From the NCBI GenBank assembly GCA_963738405.1, contig CAVTWJ010000010.1, positions 47,962 through 111,961 on the forward strand: a stretch of DNA of 64,000 nucleotides, given 5' to 3'. Position 1 is the stretch's first letter. Every line of letters begins with the position of its first letter. The stretch is from a candidate division FCPU426 bacterium (GTDB lineage Bacteria; Oederibacteriota; Muellerivitia; Muellerivitales; Muellerivitaceae). The position numbers and the translations under genes are program-made. Below are positions 9,365 to 21,100 of this stretch, piece by piece. The notes under the pieces are model-generated. The model was given only the letters and a program-made list of their open reading frames with translations, searched no databases and was not told the origin of the DNA.

Positions 9365-10347
9365 ATGTCCATCATCGAAGTCGAGAATCTTTCGAAAATC
9401 TACCGAACAAGCAAGAAAAAGCCTGGAATCGGCGGGGCCATTGAGGCCATGTTCAAGCGAGAATTCACCGAGGTTCGGGCGGTGGATGGAGTTTCCTTCA
9501 CGATTGAGGAAGGCGAATTAGTTGGCTTTTTAGGGCCCAATGGTGCGGGCAAGACTACAACGCTCAAGATGCTCTCCGGCATCCTTTATCCCACCACTGG
9601 AAGCGCGAAGGTGATGGGGTTCGTTCCCTCGGAGCGTAAAAATGAATACCGCCGCCAGTTCGCCCTGGTGATGGGCCAAAAGAACCAGCTTTGGTGGGAT
9701 TTGCCGGCGCAGGAATCTCTCTACCTCAATAAAGAAATCTACGGTGTTGAGGACGAAGCTTACAAGCTGGTTCTTGATGAAATGACGGAGCTTACTACAG
9801 GTCAAAAAGCTTTTGGGAATCATGGTTCGCGAACTTTCACTCGGGCGAGCGCATGAAGTTTGAGCTGATCGCGTCCCTTTTGCATCGCCCCCGTGTTCTG
9901 TTTCTGGACGAGCCAACTATCGGTCTGGACGTTGTGGCGCAAAAGAACATCCGGGAATTTATTAAAGAATATAACCGTAAGACCAAGACCACCATACTTC
10001 TGACCAGCCATTACATGAACGACATTCAGGCCCTGTGCGACCGGGTGGTAGTGATCAATACCGGAAAGAAGATATTTGACGGCAGGCTGGATGAGGTGGT
10101 GGAGCGTTTTTCGCAGTTCAAGCTGATTACCGTGACGTTCGAGGATGGGGGAGTCTCTAAAGAACAACTGGAAGCTTTCGGCCAAGTGCAGGAACATTCA
10201 CGGCATAAGGCGGTTTTAAGGGTGGCCAGGGAGTCGGTCAAAAAGGCTTCCAACGAACTTCTCAATCATTTTGATGTGGACGACATCAATATTGAGGAAG
10301 TTCCCATCGAGGAAGTGATTGAGAAAGTTTTCAAGATTGGCAGTTAA
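9365..10347 (+). pseudogene. ABC-2 transporter ATP-binding protein interrupted by two +1 frameshifts (or sequencing errors)
   Basis: Walker A GPNGAGKTT in ORF1 and Walker B LFLDEPTIGLD in ORF2. Removing one base near 9794 and one G near 9845 restores MTELLQVKKLLGIMVRELSLGERMKFEL. Confidence 0.85.
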
Positions 10348-10375
10348 TAACATCCGTAGCATTTAGGAAGAACCA

Positions 10376-11230
10376 TTGAGCACAGAAGCCGCAATTATCA
10401 AAGCCCGCTCTCCTCTGCATAAATACTGGGTTATTTTGTCCACCCGTACCCAGGAAGATATGGCCTATCGTTCTAATTACATCGTGGGTGTTGTTTTTCG
10501 TTTTCTTCCCCTGGTGACCACCATTTTCCTTTGGTACGCCATCTATCAAACCCGCAAGGCGGGGGGGGCGGCTCCCATCATTCGGGGCATGAGCTATGAG
10601 GATATGGTGGCCTATTACGCCCTGATGTACATCGCCAGGGGCTTTTCCAGTATGCCGGGGACCATGCGGGATATCAGCGTGGACATTAAAGACGGCCTTT
10701 TGAACCGCTATTTGACCCGGCCCATGGATTACCTTTGGTACCAGGTCATGTACCGCTTGGCCCACAAGCTGGTCTTTTGGTACGTGGCCCTTTTTTCATT
10801 TCCACCCATTCTTTACCTGATGAGGGGCTATTTCACACATTCCCCGACTCCCTGGGAATGGGCAGGTTTTGTGGTCTCGCTTTTCATCGCCTTCTGGATC
10901 GGCATGCTTTTTTGCTTCGTCATCGGCTCACTGGCCTTCTGGTTTCTTGAAATTTCCACTTTTCTCTTTGTGGTCATGACCATTGAGTTCTTTTTATCAG
11001 GCCATTTGATCCCTTTAAACCTTCTACCCCTATCCATTCAGTCCTGGGTTTCGAGTTCGCCTTTCGCTTACGAGGGATACTGGCCTTGTGTGATATTGAT
11101 GGGCAAGGTACCTCAGGACCAACTGCTTCCTCTATTGGGAATGGGGTTTGTCTGGGTCGGCGTGTTTTACGCCGTAAGCCGTGTTCTTTGGAACATTGGG
11201 TTGAAACGCTATTCGGCGGTGGGCGGTTGA
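10376..11230 (+). CDS. ABC-2 family permease (DUF990 type)
   Basis: DIKDGLLNRYLTRP, FFLSGHLIPL, ends GLKRYSAVGG. Confidence 0.88.
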   Translation: MSTEAAIIKARSPLHKYWVILSTRTQEDMAYRSNYIVGVVFRFLPLVTTIFLWYAIYQTRKAGGAAPIIRGMSYEDMVAYYALMYIARGFSSMPGTMRDISVDIKDGLLNRYLTRPMDYLWYQVMYRLAHKLVFWYVALFSFPPILYLMRGYFTHSPTPWEWAGFVVSLFIAFWIGMLFCFVIGSLAFWFLEISTFLFVVMTIEFFLSGHLIPLNLLPLSIQSWVSSSPFAYEGYWPCVILMGKVPQDQLLPLLGMGFVWVGVFYAVSRVLWNIGLKRYSAVGG

Positions 11231-12024
11231 AAGTCCTTCAAAGATATCTAAAGCTCACGCTTCTCATGATGAGGAACTGCCTGGTTCGGGAAATGCAGTT
11301 CAAGGTCAATTTTCTCGTAAGACTTTTCACCGAGGGCCTTTGGGTTTTGATGCAGTTGATCTATATCCAGGTCATGTACGGGCAGGCCCAGGACATCGGG
11401 GGATGGAACAAATGGGACATGGTCATATTGCTTGGAACCAACAACATCATCACTCAACTCTTCGAGGCCTTTTTTTACGACAACTGCATGCGCTTGACCG
11501 ACCAGATTCGCCAGGGTGATTTGGATTTCAACCTGATCAAACCCATCAACAGCCAATTTTTGGTTTCTCTTCGCTACACCGATTACTCCTCGATCCTGAC
11601 CAGTTTAGTGGGTTTTGCCATGATTGGATTCGGACTGCACCGCCTGGGCATTGGAATAGGATTTGCCGAAGTCCTGCTTTTTCTGGCATTGGTGGTGAAC
11701 AGCATCCTGATCTATTACGCGATGCTGTTTACCCTTTCGGTCTGGACCTTTTGGATCGGACGATCCAGCAACCTGTTGGAGCTTTATTGGCAGTTGGGAC
11801 AGTTTTCGCGTTATCCCGGGGACATTTATCCCTGGCTTTTACGGCGGCTCTTGTTGACAGTTATCCCTATGTTGATTGTGTCGAATTTCCCCGCGGGAGT
11901 ACTGATAAACAAGCTGGAAGGTGGATGGATTTACTATGGTTTCGCCATGGGGGCGGTCTTTTCCGCCTTTACGGTTTGGATTTGGCAGAGGGGATTAAAA
12001 AGATACCGAAGCGCCTCCTCATAA
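11227..12024 (+). CDS. ABC-2 family permease (DUF990 type)
   Basis: IGGWNKWDM, IRQGDLDFNLIKPINSQF, FSRYPGDIY, ends GLKRYRSASS; TTG start overlaps the previous stop. Confidence 0.88.
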   Translation: MKVLQRYLKLTLLMMRNCLVREMQFKVNFLVRLFTEGLWVLMQLIYIQVMYGQAQDIGGWNKWDMVILLGTNNIITQLFEAFFYDNCMRLTDQIRQGDLDFNLIKPINSQFLVSLRYTDYSSILTSLVGFAMIGFGLHRLGIGIGFAEVLLFLALVVNSILIYYAMLFTLSVWTFWIGRSSNLLELYWQLGQFSRYPGDIYPWLLRRLLLTVIPMLIVSNFPAGVLINKLEGGWIYYGFAMGAVFSAFTVWIWQRGLKRYRSASS

Positions 12025-12057
12025 ATTTACGAGACCATTTAGTTCATGAACCGATAA

Positions 12058-12089
12058 AAAAGCCCTGGAGAAATTTCTCCAGAGCTTTT
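12058..12089. terminator. Bidirectional intrinsic terminator
   Basis: AAAAGCCCTGGAGAAATTTCTCCAGAGCTTTT hairpin between convergent genes. Confidence 0.7.
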
Positions 12090-12110
12090 GTGCTTCTTGG
12101 GGGAGGAAAT

Positions 12111-12506
12111 TTAGTTCTTAGTCCCGCCTGTCGCTGTCGCATCCGCTTTCGTATCTGCCAGTTCCAGGTAATTGACACCCTTGGTCTTGACGATGGTTCC
12201 GGTCAGCTCAATGGTTTGTCCCGCCTTGTCCTTGATGACATTCCGGGCCGATTCGAAGCTTGAGTTTACAGGCATGTAAAGATTGCCTTTCGAATCCATC
12301 AGCCCCAAATCCGTGCCTTTCATGGCGCAGGACATGGCGCAGGCCGCATGCTTGTCCCCGTGCCCGCCCCCGTCCCCCAGCGCCGCGTGATGAGCCATGC
12401 ATTTCATGCAGACCACCTCATATTTTTGTGTGGTATCTTCTGCGAAAACACTTCCAGCCGCCAACAGCAGGCTGAGAACCGACCCTAAAACCAAAGATCT
12501 TTTCAT
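12111..12506 (-). CDS. Small secreted Cys/His-rich protein
   Basis: Signal peptide; CMKCMAHH...GHGDKHAACAMSCAMKG; OB-fold-like C-terminal strands; SD GGGGAGG. Confidence 0.75.
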   Translation of the reverse strand: MKRSLVLGSVLSLLLAAGSVFAEDTTQKYEVVCMKCMAHHAALGDGGGHGDKHAACAMSCAMKGTDLGLMDSKGNLYMPVNSSFESARNVIKDKAGQTIELTGTIVKTKGVNYLELADTKADATATGGTKN

Positions 12507-12635
12507 TCATTTCCTCCCCAGTTGATTTACAGTCCCCCCCGAACAGGGCCGTTCTTATATATGACCTGATTGGGAGGAAAGTTACCAGTCCCCCGGCAAA
12601 AGAGATTCAAGACAAGGTCTATTTTCGAAATCCCT

Positions 12636-12665
12636 TTGCCCAGCGGGGCTTTCCTCCCCTAGAAT
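12636..12665 (+). promoter_or_regulatory. Possible leaderless sigma70 promoter of the cyclase
   Basis: TTGCCC-N18-TAGAAT, with ATG 6 nt downstream and no SD. Confidence 0.4.
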
Positions 12666-12671
12666 ACGCCC

Positions 12672-14912
12672 ATGCCTGAGACCCCCCGTGAAGTTAAGGT
12701 CAGTTACAGCAAAAAAACCGCCCTATGGATGACGGCGGGAATTGTCTTTTTCCTCTGCGTCTGTAATTTCTTTAAGATTCAGTTTTTCCAATCCCTTGAG
12801 AATAAAACTATTGATTTCCGTTTTGGCGTTCGGGGTACCCGCTTGCCGGAAGCCCCTATCCGCATCCTGGCTGTCGATGAAAAGAGCCTGCGGGAAGTGG
12901 GCCAATGGCCTTGGCCGCGGGCTATTCACGCTCAATTGGTGCGGCAGCTTAAGGATATGGGCGTCAAGTGCATCTTTTACGACGTTTTCTTCCCTGAACC
13001 CGAACGTACCCAAGAAAAGATGCTCAATCAGCTGGAAACGGTTTTGAATTCGGCCATCCAGGGCAACAGCAAGACCGCCACTAAAATTAGAGAATCCATG
13101 CTTTCCGATATCAAACGGTTCCAGGAAACACAGAACGGGGATAAGGAATTCGGTCAAGCCATTCAGGATACCGGAAATGTCTTTTTGCCCATCGAACCCC
13201 TGATCAATGGCAAGGAGGGGCGCACTCCCAATGAGGAATCCTTACATGTAACCGGGGCCCAACTTTTTGGAGGATTCACCAATAATTTTCTGACAAGCCA
13301 ATCCTTGATCATTTCCATTCCCGACCTTCAGGAACATGTGGCCGACTCTGGGCATACCCGTTATTTTCCCGATCCTGACGGTATCTATCGCTATTACCCC
13401 ACGGTCATGAATTACTCGGGTGTATTGATTCCCAATTTGTCCTTGCAGGTGGCCCGGGTTTTCCAGGGAATCAAGGATCCGGTCAAGGTTTACGATGGGG
13501 ACCACGTGGCGGTTGGGAAAAGCAATATCCCGATATTGGACTTGGGTTTCGCCCTGATTAACTTTTGCGGGCCACGGGGAACCTTTATGACTATCTCGGC
13601 CAGCGATGTTTTGAATGGCCGAGTTTCGCCCGATACTTTGAAAGGATCCATCGTTTTGATCGGGGCCACGGCTGATGGCCTTTACGATTTGCGTCCAACC
13701 CCCTATACCCGAGCCTCGCCGGGAGTCGAAATCAACGCCAACATCATTGAAAACGTACTGGACAACCATTTCTTGACCTTAGCGCCGGATTATTTGAAAT
13801 ACATCCTTGTTCTTTTCCTAGCCTTGATTATTTGGTACCTGGTTCCTCGCGTGACACCCACCCAGGGTTCCATATGGTTCGGGGCTTTGCTGGTAATTTA
13901 TACCGTCCTGTCCTGCTTGGTGTTTAGTTATATGGGTTTGATCATTAATTTGACCTATCCCGTACTTGCTCTCATGCTCACATTCCTCGCCCTCACGACC
14001 TACAAGTTCCGCACCGAAGTGCGACACAGCCGTTACATGAAACAGATGTTCCAGAGCATGGTGACGCCTAAGGTTGTTGAGGAAATTTTGAAAATGCCGG
14101 CTGGTATCGAACTGGGCGGTGAAGAAAAAGAACTGACGGTCATGTTCTCGGACATCCGGGGGTTCACCACTTACTCAGAAAAGCACACTCCCCACGAGGT
14201 CGTGGAGGTTCTAAACGAGTATCTCACCCAGATGACCAACATGATTTTCCAAACGGAGGGCACCCTCGACAAATACATCGGAGACGCCATCATGGCCTTC
14301 TGGGGAGCCCCGACCGGACAGCAGGATCACGCCTATCGCGCCTGCTCCACCGCCCTCGGGATGGTGGATCTTTTACACACAACCCTTCATCCCAAATGGG
14401 AAAAAGAGGGCAAGGAAAAACTGGAAATCGGTATTGGGGTCAACACTGGCCCCATCGTCGTGGGGTTCGTGGGTTCCCAGGCCATCAAGAATTACACCCT
14501 TATCGGGGACGCGGTGAACTTGGGGAGCCGCTTGGAGGGTACCACCAAGGAATACAAGGTAGAAATCATCATCGGCGAACAGACATTTGAGCACGTTAAG
14601 ATGGACATGCTTTGCAGGGAATTGGACCTGATTCGGGTCAAGGGCAAGCTGCAGCCCATCCGTATTTACGAGGTCGTGGATCACCGGCTCAAGGCTGTCG
14701 GAGCCAAGGAGTTAAAGGTGAACACCTTCAACGAGGGGCTCAGCTATTACCGCCTCCAGCGCTGGGATGACGCCATCAAGCGGTTCAAGGTCTGCCTGGA
14801 ACTGGACCCGCACGACGGGCCTTCCAAGATATTCATCGACCGATGTCAGCACCTGAAAGAAGACCCTCCTAAGCCCGATTGGGACGGGGTTTTCATCATG
14901 AAGACGAAATAA
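12672..14912 (+). CDS. CHASE2-domain class III adenylate/guanylate cyclase with C-terminal TPR-like tail
   Basis: VDEKSLREVGQWPWPR, DPDGIYR and PGVEINANII (CHASE2); three TM helices; MFSDIRGFT, DKYIGDAIMAFWGAP, YTLIGDAVNLGSRLEG; ends WDGVFIMKTK. Confidence 0.95.
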   Translation: MPETPREVKVSYSKKTALWMTAGIVFFLCVCNFFKIQFFQSLENKTIDFRFGVRGTRLPEAPIRILAVDEKSLREVGQWPWPRAIHAQLVRQLKDMGVKCIFYDVFFPEPERTQEKMLNQLETVLNSAIQGNSKTATKIRESMLSDIKRFQETQNGDKEFGQAIQDTGNVFLPIEPLINGKEGRTPNEESLHVTGAQLFGGFTNNFLTSQSLIISIPDLQEHVADSGHTRYFPDPDGIYRYYPTVMNYSGVLIPNLSLQVARVFQGIKDPVKVYDGDHVAVGKSNIPILDLGFALINFCGPRGTFMTISASDVLNGRVSPDTLKGSIVLIGATADGLYDLRPTPYTRASPGVEINANIIENVLDNHFLTLAPDYLKYILVLFLALIIWYLVPRVTPTQGSIWFGALLVIYTVLSCLVFSYMGLIINLTYPVLALMLTFLALTTYKFRTEVRHSRYMKQMFQSMVTPKVVEEILKMPAGIELGGEEKELTVMFSDIRGFTTYSEKHTPHEVVEVLNEYLTQMTNMIFQTEGTLDKYIGDAIMAFWGAPTGQQDHAYRACSTALGMVDLLHTTLHPKWEKEGKEKLEIGIGVNTGPIVVGFVGSQAIKNYTLIGDAVNLGSRLEGTTKEYKVEIIIGEQTFEHVKMDMLCRELDLIRVKGKLQPIRIYEVVDHRLKAVGAKELKVNTFNEGLSYYRLQRWDDAIKRFKVCLELDPHDGPSKIFIDRCQHLKEDPPKPDWDGVFIMKTK

Positions 14913-15123
14913 AGCTTTTGAATTGAGGCTGTTTTTAAGTTTTTTCCCGCCTTTTGAGTTTTTACCCCCCAAAACCTGATTTTTTTCTAAAATTTAAAAG
15001 ACGATTGAATTTGTGTAAATATTGATTTTATCTATCTTTTGGTCGTGATTCCCCGAATCCTTGTCATGTACAATGCCGCCTCAACAGACAAGCGGGCTTT
15101 TGCAATGGCCCCAGGGGAGCCTG

Positions 15124-18100
15124 ATGAAAGTTCGCCATTGGGCGCTTTTATCTTTTGGTATCGTTTTTATTTTCGCGGCCTTCATCGGCTGCAATAACCG
15201 CTCGGCCTCGCCGGTTGCTCCTACACGAAACGCCAACCTTAATGTAGCCGTTCCTAGAACCCAGGAACTCCAGGCCAGCCTTTTAAGCTCCACCAGCGAC
15301 ATCCTTCTTTACAAAGCTACCACCTCAGGTCAGGCCGTCACAGGATCGGCGGGACCTTTCAATGACCAGACTGGTTCGGGCTCGATTAATTTTTCGGTGG
15401 ATCTACCAAGTTCTGGGACTTGGCTTATGGCGGTGGAGCTTATTGCCGCTTCAAACCAACAGCCTTTGGCCTTAGGCGCAGCTCAGTTTGACGCTGGAAG
15501 CGTTTCGGGTGGTGTCACGCTCGACCTGGGGTCGGTATCCAGAAATTGTTATCAAACTGATACTTGGATGGATCCGCTTGGGTCTTCTTTTTCCTTCTTG
15601 ACTGATACACTTTTTACTTCGCTAAACTCGGGCGATATTAATATCGTCCCATTCGGCGCCGGTTATCAGATTCAGGCGGTTGCCCCTGCTCGGATCGAAT
15701 ATCTTGGTAATGGGCCGCTGGTTAATTTTGCCTCAGCTCCCGCGACTGAAACAAACACCGCTTCTTCTGTTTCGAAGATGACCGCTGGGGCCGCAGTTTC
15801 GATTCTGCAGTCGGGGGACGTTTACTGCGTTCTCTTATCAGGCGGTGGACACGCATGGATGCAGATCAGCAACCCCGGCAATGCCACAACAGGACCTTCT
15901 TTTCGTTTTCGGGTCAACGCGACACTTCCTTATTACGCCTATTATCAAACTTCTGCTGATATATCGGGCGTGTGTCTGACACCCCTGAACACCCCCACTT
16001 CCACCGCCACCTTCTCGCCGACTCCAACGATCACCCCCACGGTGACCCCAACCCCCAGCTATACCCAGACGCCCCTGCCGACATCGACGCCTACCTCTAC
16101 GAACTCGCCGACTTTAACCTCTTCGCCGACCGACACATGGACTGTGACCCCCACGCCTTCCATCACCGACACTCCCTCTTCGACTCCCACGCCGACGATT
16201 ACGCCTTCTCCCTCGCCAACTAATAGCCCCATACCAACTTCCACCCCGACGGAAACCCTTACTTCCACGGCGACCAACACGCCAACCGTTACCGGGACTT
16301 CGACTTCGACCGTTTCGCCGACCTTTACCCTGACCAACACGCTCACCTTTTCCTCGACGCAAACCTCAACATCGACCGCCACCGTTACGGGAACCGCCAC
16401 GCTTACCCAAACACTTACTTCCACCCCGACGGGGTTATTTACCTCGACGATGACAAGTACCCCGACGAATACACCCACCTATACAGCCACCCCAACGACA
16501 ACTTCGACTTCTACCTTCACTCAGACCAACACTCTGACCTCAACGTCGACCTCCACCGCGACAAGCCAATTCACCTTCACGCAGACATCGACTCCGACAA
16601 ACACTCTATCCGCAACAACCACCGACACCTTAACGAGCACTTTGACAGCGACACCAACCGATACTTTGACGACCACAGCCACATTTACGCAAACTCAGAC
16701 GCCTACTGCGACATTGACCAATACGGTAACGGCTATCGCGACCTCAACGTCCACTGCGACCCCGACGAACACCCTGACTGCGACGCCCACCGTTACATCG
16801 ACGAACACAGCCACCGTTTCGCAGACTCAAACCGTTACGTCCACTTTAACCAATACGGCAACGGCTACTTCGACCTCAACGTCCACTGCGACCCCGACGA
16901 ACACAGCCACATCCACTCCGACCCAAACACCTACTTCAACGGCGACCGCTTCGGCGACAGATACCCCAACCTCCACACTCACAACGACTCCGACGGCCAC
17001 CCCGACCTCAACATTAACCACAACTCCAACAAGCACGCCAACTTTCAGTTTTACGGCCACATCCACAACCAATGGCACCTCAACCCCAACTTTGACTCCT
17101 ATTGCGGGAGTAATTGACATTACCAACAATATCGATGGCGCCCCGGTTCCTGGCATCACCACCGGTGGACAGGATAATTACAGCCAAACGGTCACCTTCT
17201 GGAATGGGACTTCGAGCTTATCCTCCAGCTATGACAACTATTCCAGTAGCGGTGCCGCAACCGCCCTCTATGGCCAGGGCGCTCCTGACCAGGCCTACCA
17301 GTTCACGCTGGCTTCTCCTAAAAATCTCTTCGTCAACCTTTGCGGCGCGAACTACGACTCGGTCCTATACCTTCGGAAGACGCTGAATGACCCGAATTCG
17401 CTGGTCGCCATTAACGACGATTCCGATTTCTGCGCCACAACCTCTTCCAGCCTCGTAACGGGAACCCTACCGGCGGGCACGTACTACCTGATCGTGGATG
17501 GTTTCGCGGCGGGCTACCATGGCTCTTACTCCTTAACCCTCTCCACCTTCGCTCCCCCCTGCCAGTTGACGCCTCTTTCTTCACCCGTTACCAGCAACCA
17601 GCAGGTCAATACGGCGGATACCAGCAATTTCACCAACCCGGTCGTTTTAGGCTCGGTTGGGGCCGGATCGGACCTGGTAGGGGCCGGCACGGTCAATTAC
17701 TTCACCAATTTCGCCAATACCTGGGCCTTCACGCCTTCCATGACCGGGGCCTACCAGATTTCGTTGGATTGTTTCGACGATGGAACGGGCAAGGCGAGGG
17801 TAGGTTATGACCTTCTTGAATCCGATGGAGAGGGCGGAGTTTCCTTTGTCGATGTCTCCCTCGACGGTGATCCGTTAGACTCGTTGATCGAAAATCTGAC
17901 TGCGGGAAATACCTATTACATCGCCGTTTACGCCTGGAATGAAGGCGCTCCTGACGCCGATTACCACCTGATCATCAAGGGTTTGGGCAGTACGGCCACG
18001 CCCACGATCACGCCCACCGCTTCTTCAACACCCACAGAGACCATCACTCCTTCCGCTACCTCGATTCCGACCGCCCAGAGCCCAGTCACCCTCAATATTT

Positions 18101-21100
18101 CCGGCGGCGGAGCCACGGTCACGGGCAATACCATTGGCATGGCGGACAGTTATAACCAGCCGGTGAGCCTCTGGAATAGTATCGGAGGCGTTACCTACGA
18201 TTACGGCGCGGGAGCGCCGGACACTGCCTACGCTGTCAACGTCACGAACCCGGAAAGCCTCTTCATCAACCTTTGCGGGGCACAGTTTGACTCTGTTGTT
18301 TATGTAAGGTTTGGTTCACCCACGGGTCCGACCGTCTCCGTGAACGACGATTCGGACTACTGCAACAGCCCCTCTTCCAGCCTGGTGACCGGAACCCTGG
18401 TGCCGGGGATCTACTACATTATCGTGGATGGATTCGGTCCCGGAAGCTATGGGCCCTTTACCCTGGCTGTTTCCACCTTTAACCCCGTTTGCGGCCTGCC
18501 CACCCAAACCCTGCCGACGCCGGTTGTGAACCCGCAATCCGGTGATAGCGCGGATGACGTCAATTTCACCAATCCGGTGGATCTGGGTGTGGCTTTAAGC
18601 GGGGGCGATGTGGTGGGGTCGGGCAACGTGAATTATTACTTCAACCATGTGCAAACCTGGAGTTTCGCGGTATCGCAGTACGGTAACTATACGGTCTCCC
18701 TGGATTGTTTTGATGACGGAACGGGCAAGGCTAGGGCGGGCTTTGACCTGCTTCAAAACAATGAGGGTTCCATCTCCTTTTTGCAGGCTTCGAACGATAA
18801 CGATCCCTTGGACCAGGTGACCTATTACCTTATCCCTGGAGTCACTTATTACGTCGCGGTTTACGCTTTCGGTGAGGGGGCTCCCAGCGCGGATTATCAC
18901 CTCTTGGTCACGCCCCAGGGCGGCGCCCCGGTCATCCAGGATGTCAGTTCTATCATCGGAACCGGGAACGCAATTTCGGGCAGTACGGAAGGTGCAAACG
19001 ACAACAATAACCAGCCCGATTCATCCGGAACTCCCTGGGGCCAATACGGGCCGGATGTGACCTACCAGTTCGTGCCCCCGCAGACGGGCGAGTATTTCAT
19101 CAATATGTGTAATGTCAATTTCGACTCGGTTCTTTATTTACGAACCAACCCGACCGATCCAGCCTCGGTTGTGGATTTGGATACCTTCGGGAATTATTGC
19201 GACAACGGGCAGGGCACCGCGATCGCCACGGGAGTCCTGAACCAGGGGGTCACCTATTACCTGATCGTGGATGGAAATGATGAAGCGGGGAACTATTCCT
19301 TCACCATTGCGCCTTTCACTCCCCAGTGCGTCCTGACGCCTGTTTCCACTCCCGTCACTTTCACGGGACCGGCCAATACCTCCTTCAACCCAGACTTGGC
19401 CAACGCGCGGGACTTAGGCGATTTGAGCGCCGCGGGCCAGGACGCGACGGGGGTAGGCAACGTCAATTACGAATACAACGGCACCAATACTTGGCAGTTT
19501 GAGGTCACGGTTCCCAACCAGGTCTTCAATCTTTCCACGGATTGCTTTGATGACGGAACTGGAAAGAATTTGACGGATGTGGGCATTTGGAGCAACAGCG
19601 ATGGGCTTCAATTCATCGCGGGTCAGTCGCAATATTCCCCGATCAACCAAGCCTCCGTCACTTTATCGACGGGAACCTATTACATCACCGTTGAATCGGA
19701 CAATGACGGGGAGGACGGCAATTACCGCCTGGTGGTCCAGAACGTCACGGGGTTAAACACTCCCACCGTCACCCAAACCCCGACCGTTACGCCGACGGCC
19801 ACCCCCGCAGGCGTTCCCGACGTCAGTTACGCAATCGGGCAGGGAACCGTCATCTCAGGCAATACGGCGGGCGGGACGGACCATTACAACCAAAACCTCA
19901 CCAACGGCTTTAACGGTGCGGTGGATTACGGCGCCGGCGCCCCCGATGTGGCTTATCAATTCGTGGCGCCTCAAACCGGCGAGTATGTCATCGACATGTG
20001 CAACGCGGGTTTCAGCGCGGTTCTTTACCTGCGGACCAGCCTTACCGATCCGGCTTCCATGACCGATTTAAGTAATCAGTCTGATTATTGTTATAACGTG
20101 GGTTCCGGTTCTGGATATTACGCGTCGATCACGACAAGCACCCTGACCCAAGGTGTGACCTATTACCTGATCGTGGATGGTTATGGAAGCGGCGATTACG
20201 GGAATTACGGTTTTACCATCGCCCCATTTACACCTGTTTGCTATCTCAACACGGTTTCCACCCCGGTTACTTATACAGGCTTGCCGAATGATAACGACGG
20301 CTATGAGCAAATGACCGACTCGGACGCTTCTGCCGCCGTAAATCTGGGCACGGTGACCACCGACGCAGTTGGGGTGGGAACCCTGAACTGGGCGCTCAAC
20401 GGCACGGAGGTCTGGCAGTTCACCGCATCCGTGAGCGGCAATTATGCCATTTCCACGGATTGTTTCGACGACGGCACGGGACAGGACTACGCCGACCTTT
20501 ATCTTTGGACCTACCAAGACGGGCTGACCGAAACCAATTATTCTTACAACTATCCGCTGAATCAAATGGTGGTCTATTTAAACGCAGGCCAGACCTATTA
20601 CGCGGAAGTCCAACCCGATTACGACGGCCAGGATGGGAATTACCGATTAGTCGTTCAAAATCTCACGGGTTTTAATACCCCGACGCCACTCGATACGCCC
20701 ACCCCTATGCCTTCTCCCACGCCCACCCCCTCAAGCTTCCGGGTCATCCCGGCGAGTTACAGCGGATATACCGACAGCCAAGGCAATTATTGGAATGGAG
20801 GGGCCGACAGCGACATACCTGGCTATTCAGGTCCAGGTGGATTTTCGAATGACAATAACATCCCGATTTTTGGCACCAAAGACCCGACACTTTATGACGA
20901 CTATTACGACAATGGACCGGCGGCTCAAAACTACGTTTTTAACGTGGCTCCGGGTACCTACCAAACCACCCTCAAATTCACGGATCTCAGCGGGACTGCG
21001 GTAGGTGCAAGGGAATTCAATGTCTTTATCAACGGGTCGAAAGTAATAAGCAACCTGGACATTTATTCCGAGGTCGGCGGAAATGCAGCAGACGACAAGG

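Noticed and set aside
15061..15123. TTG start of the 4848-aa ORF
   Set aside because: ATG 15124 has an SD (GGGGAG) and places the lipoprotein signal at the N-terminus.
14913..15123. CRP-like site upstream of the giant gene
   Set aside because: TGTGT at ~15012 lacks a TCACA half-site; not supported.
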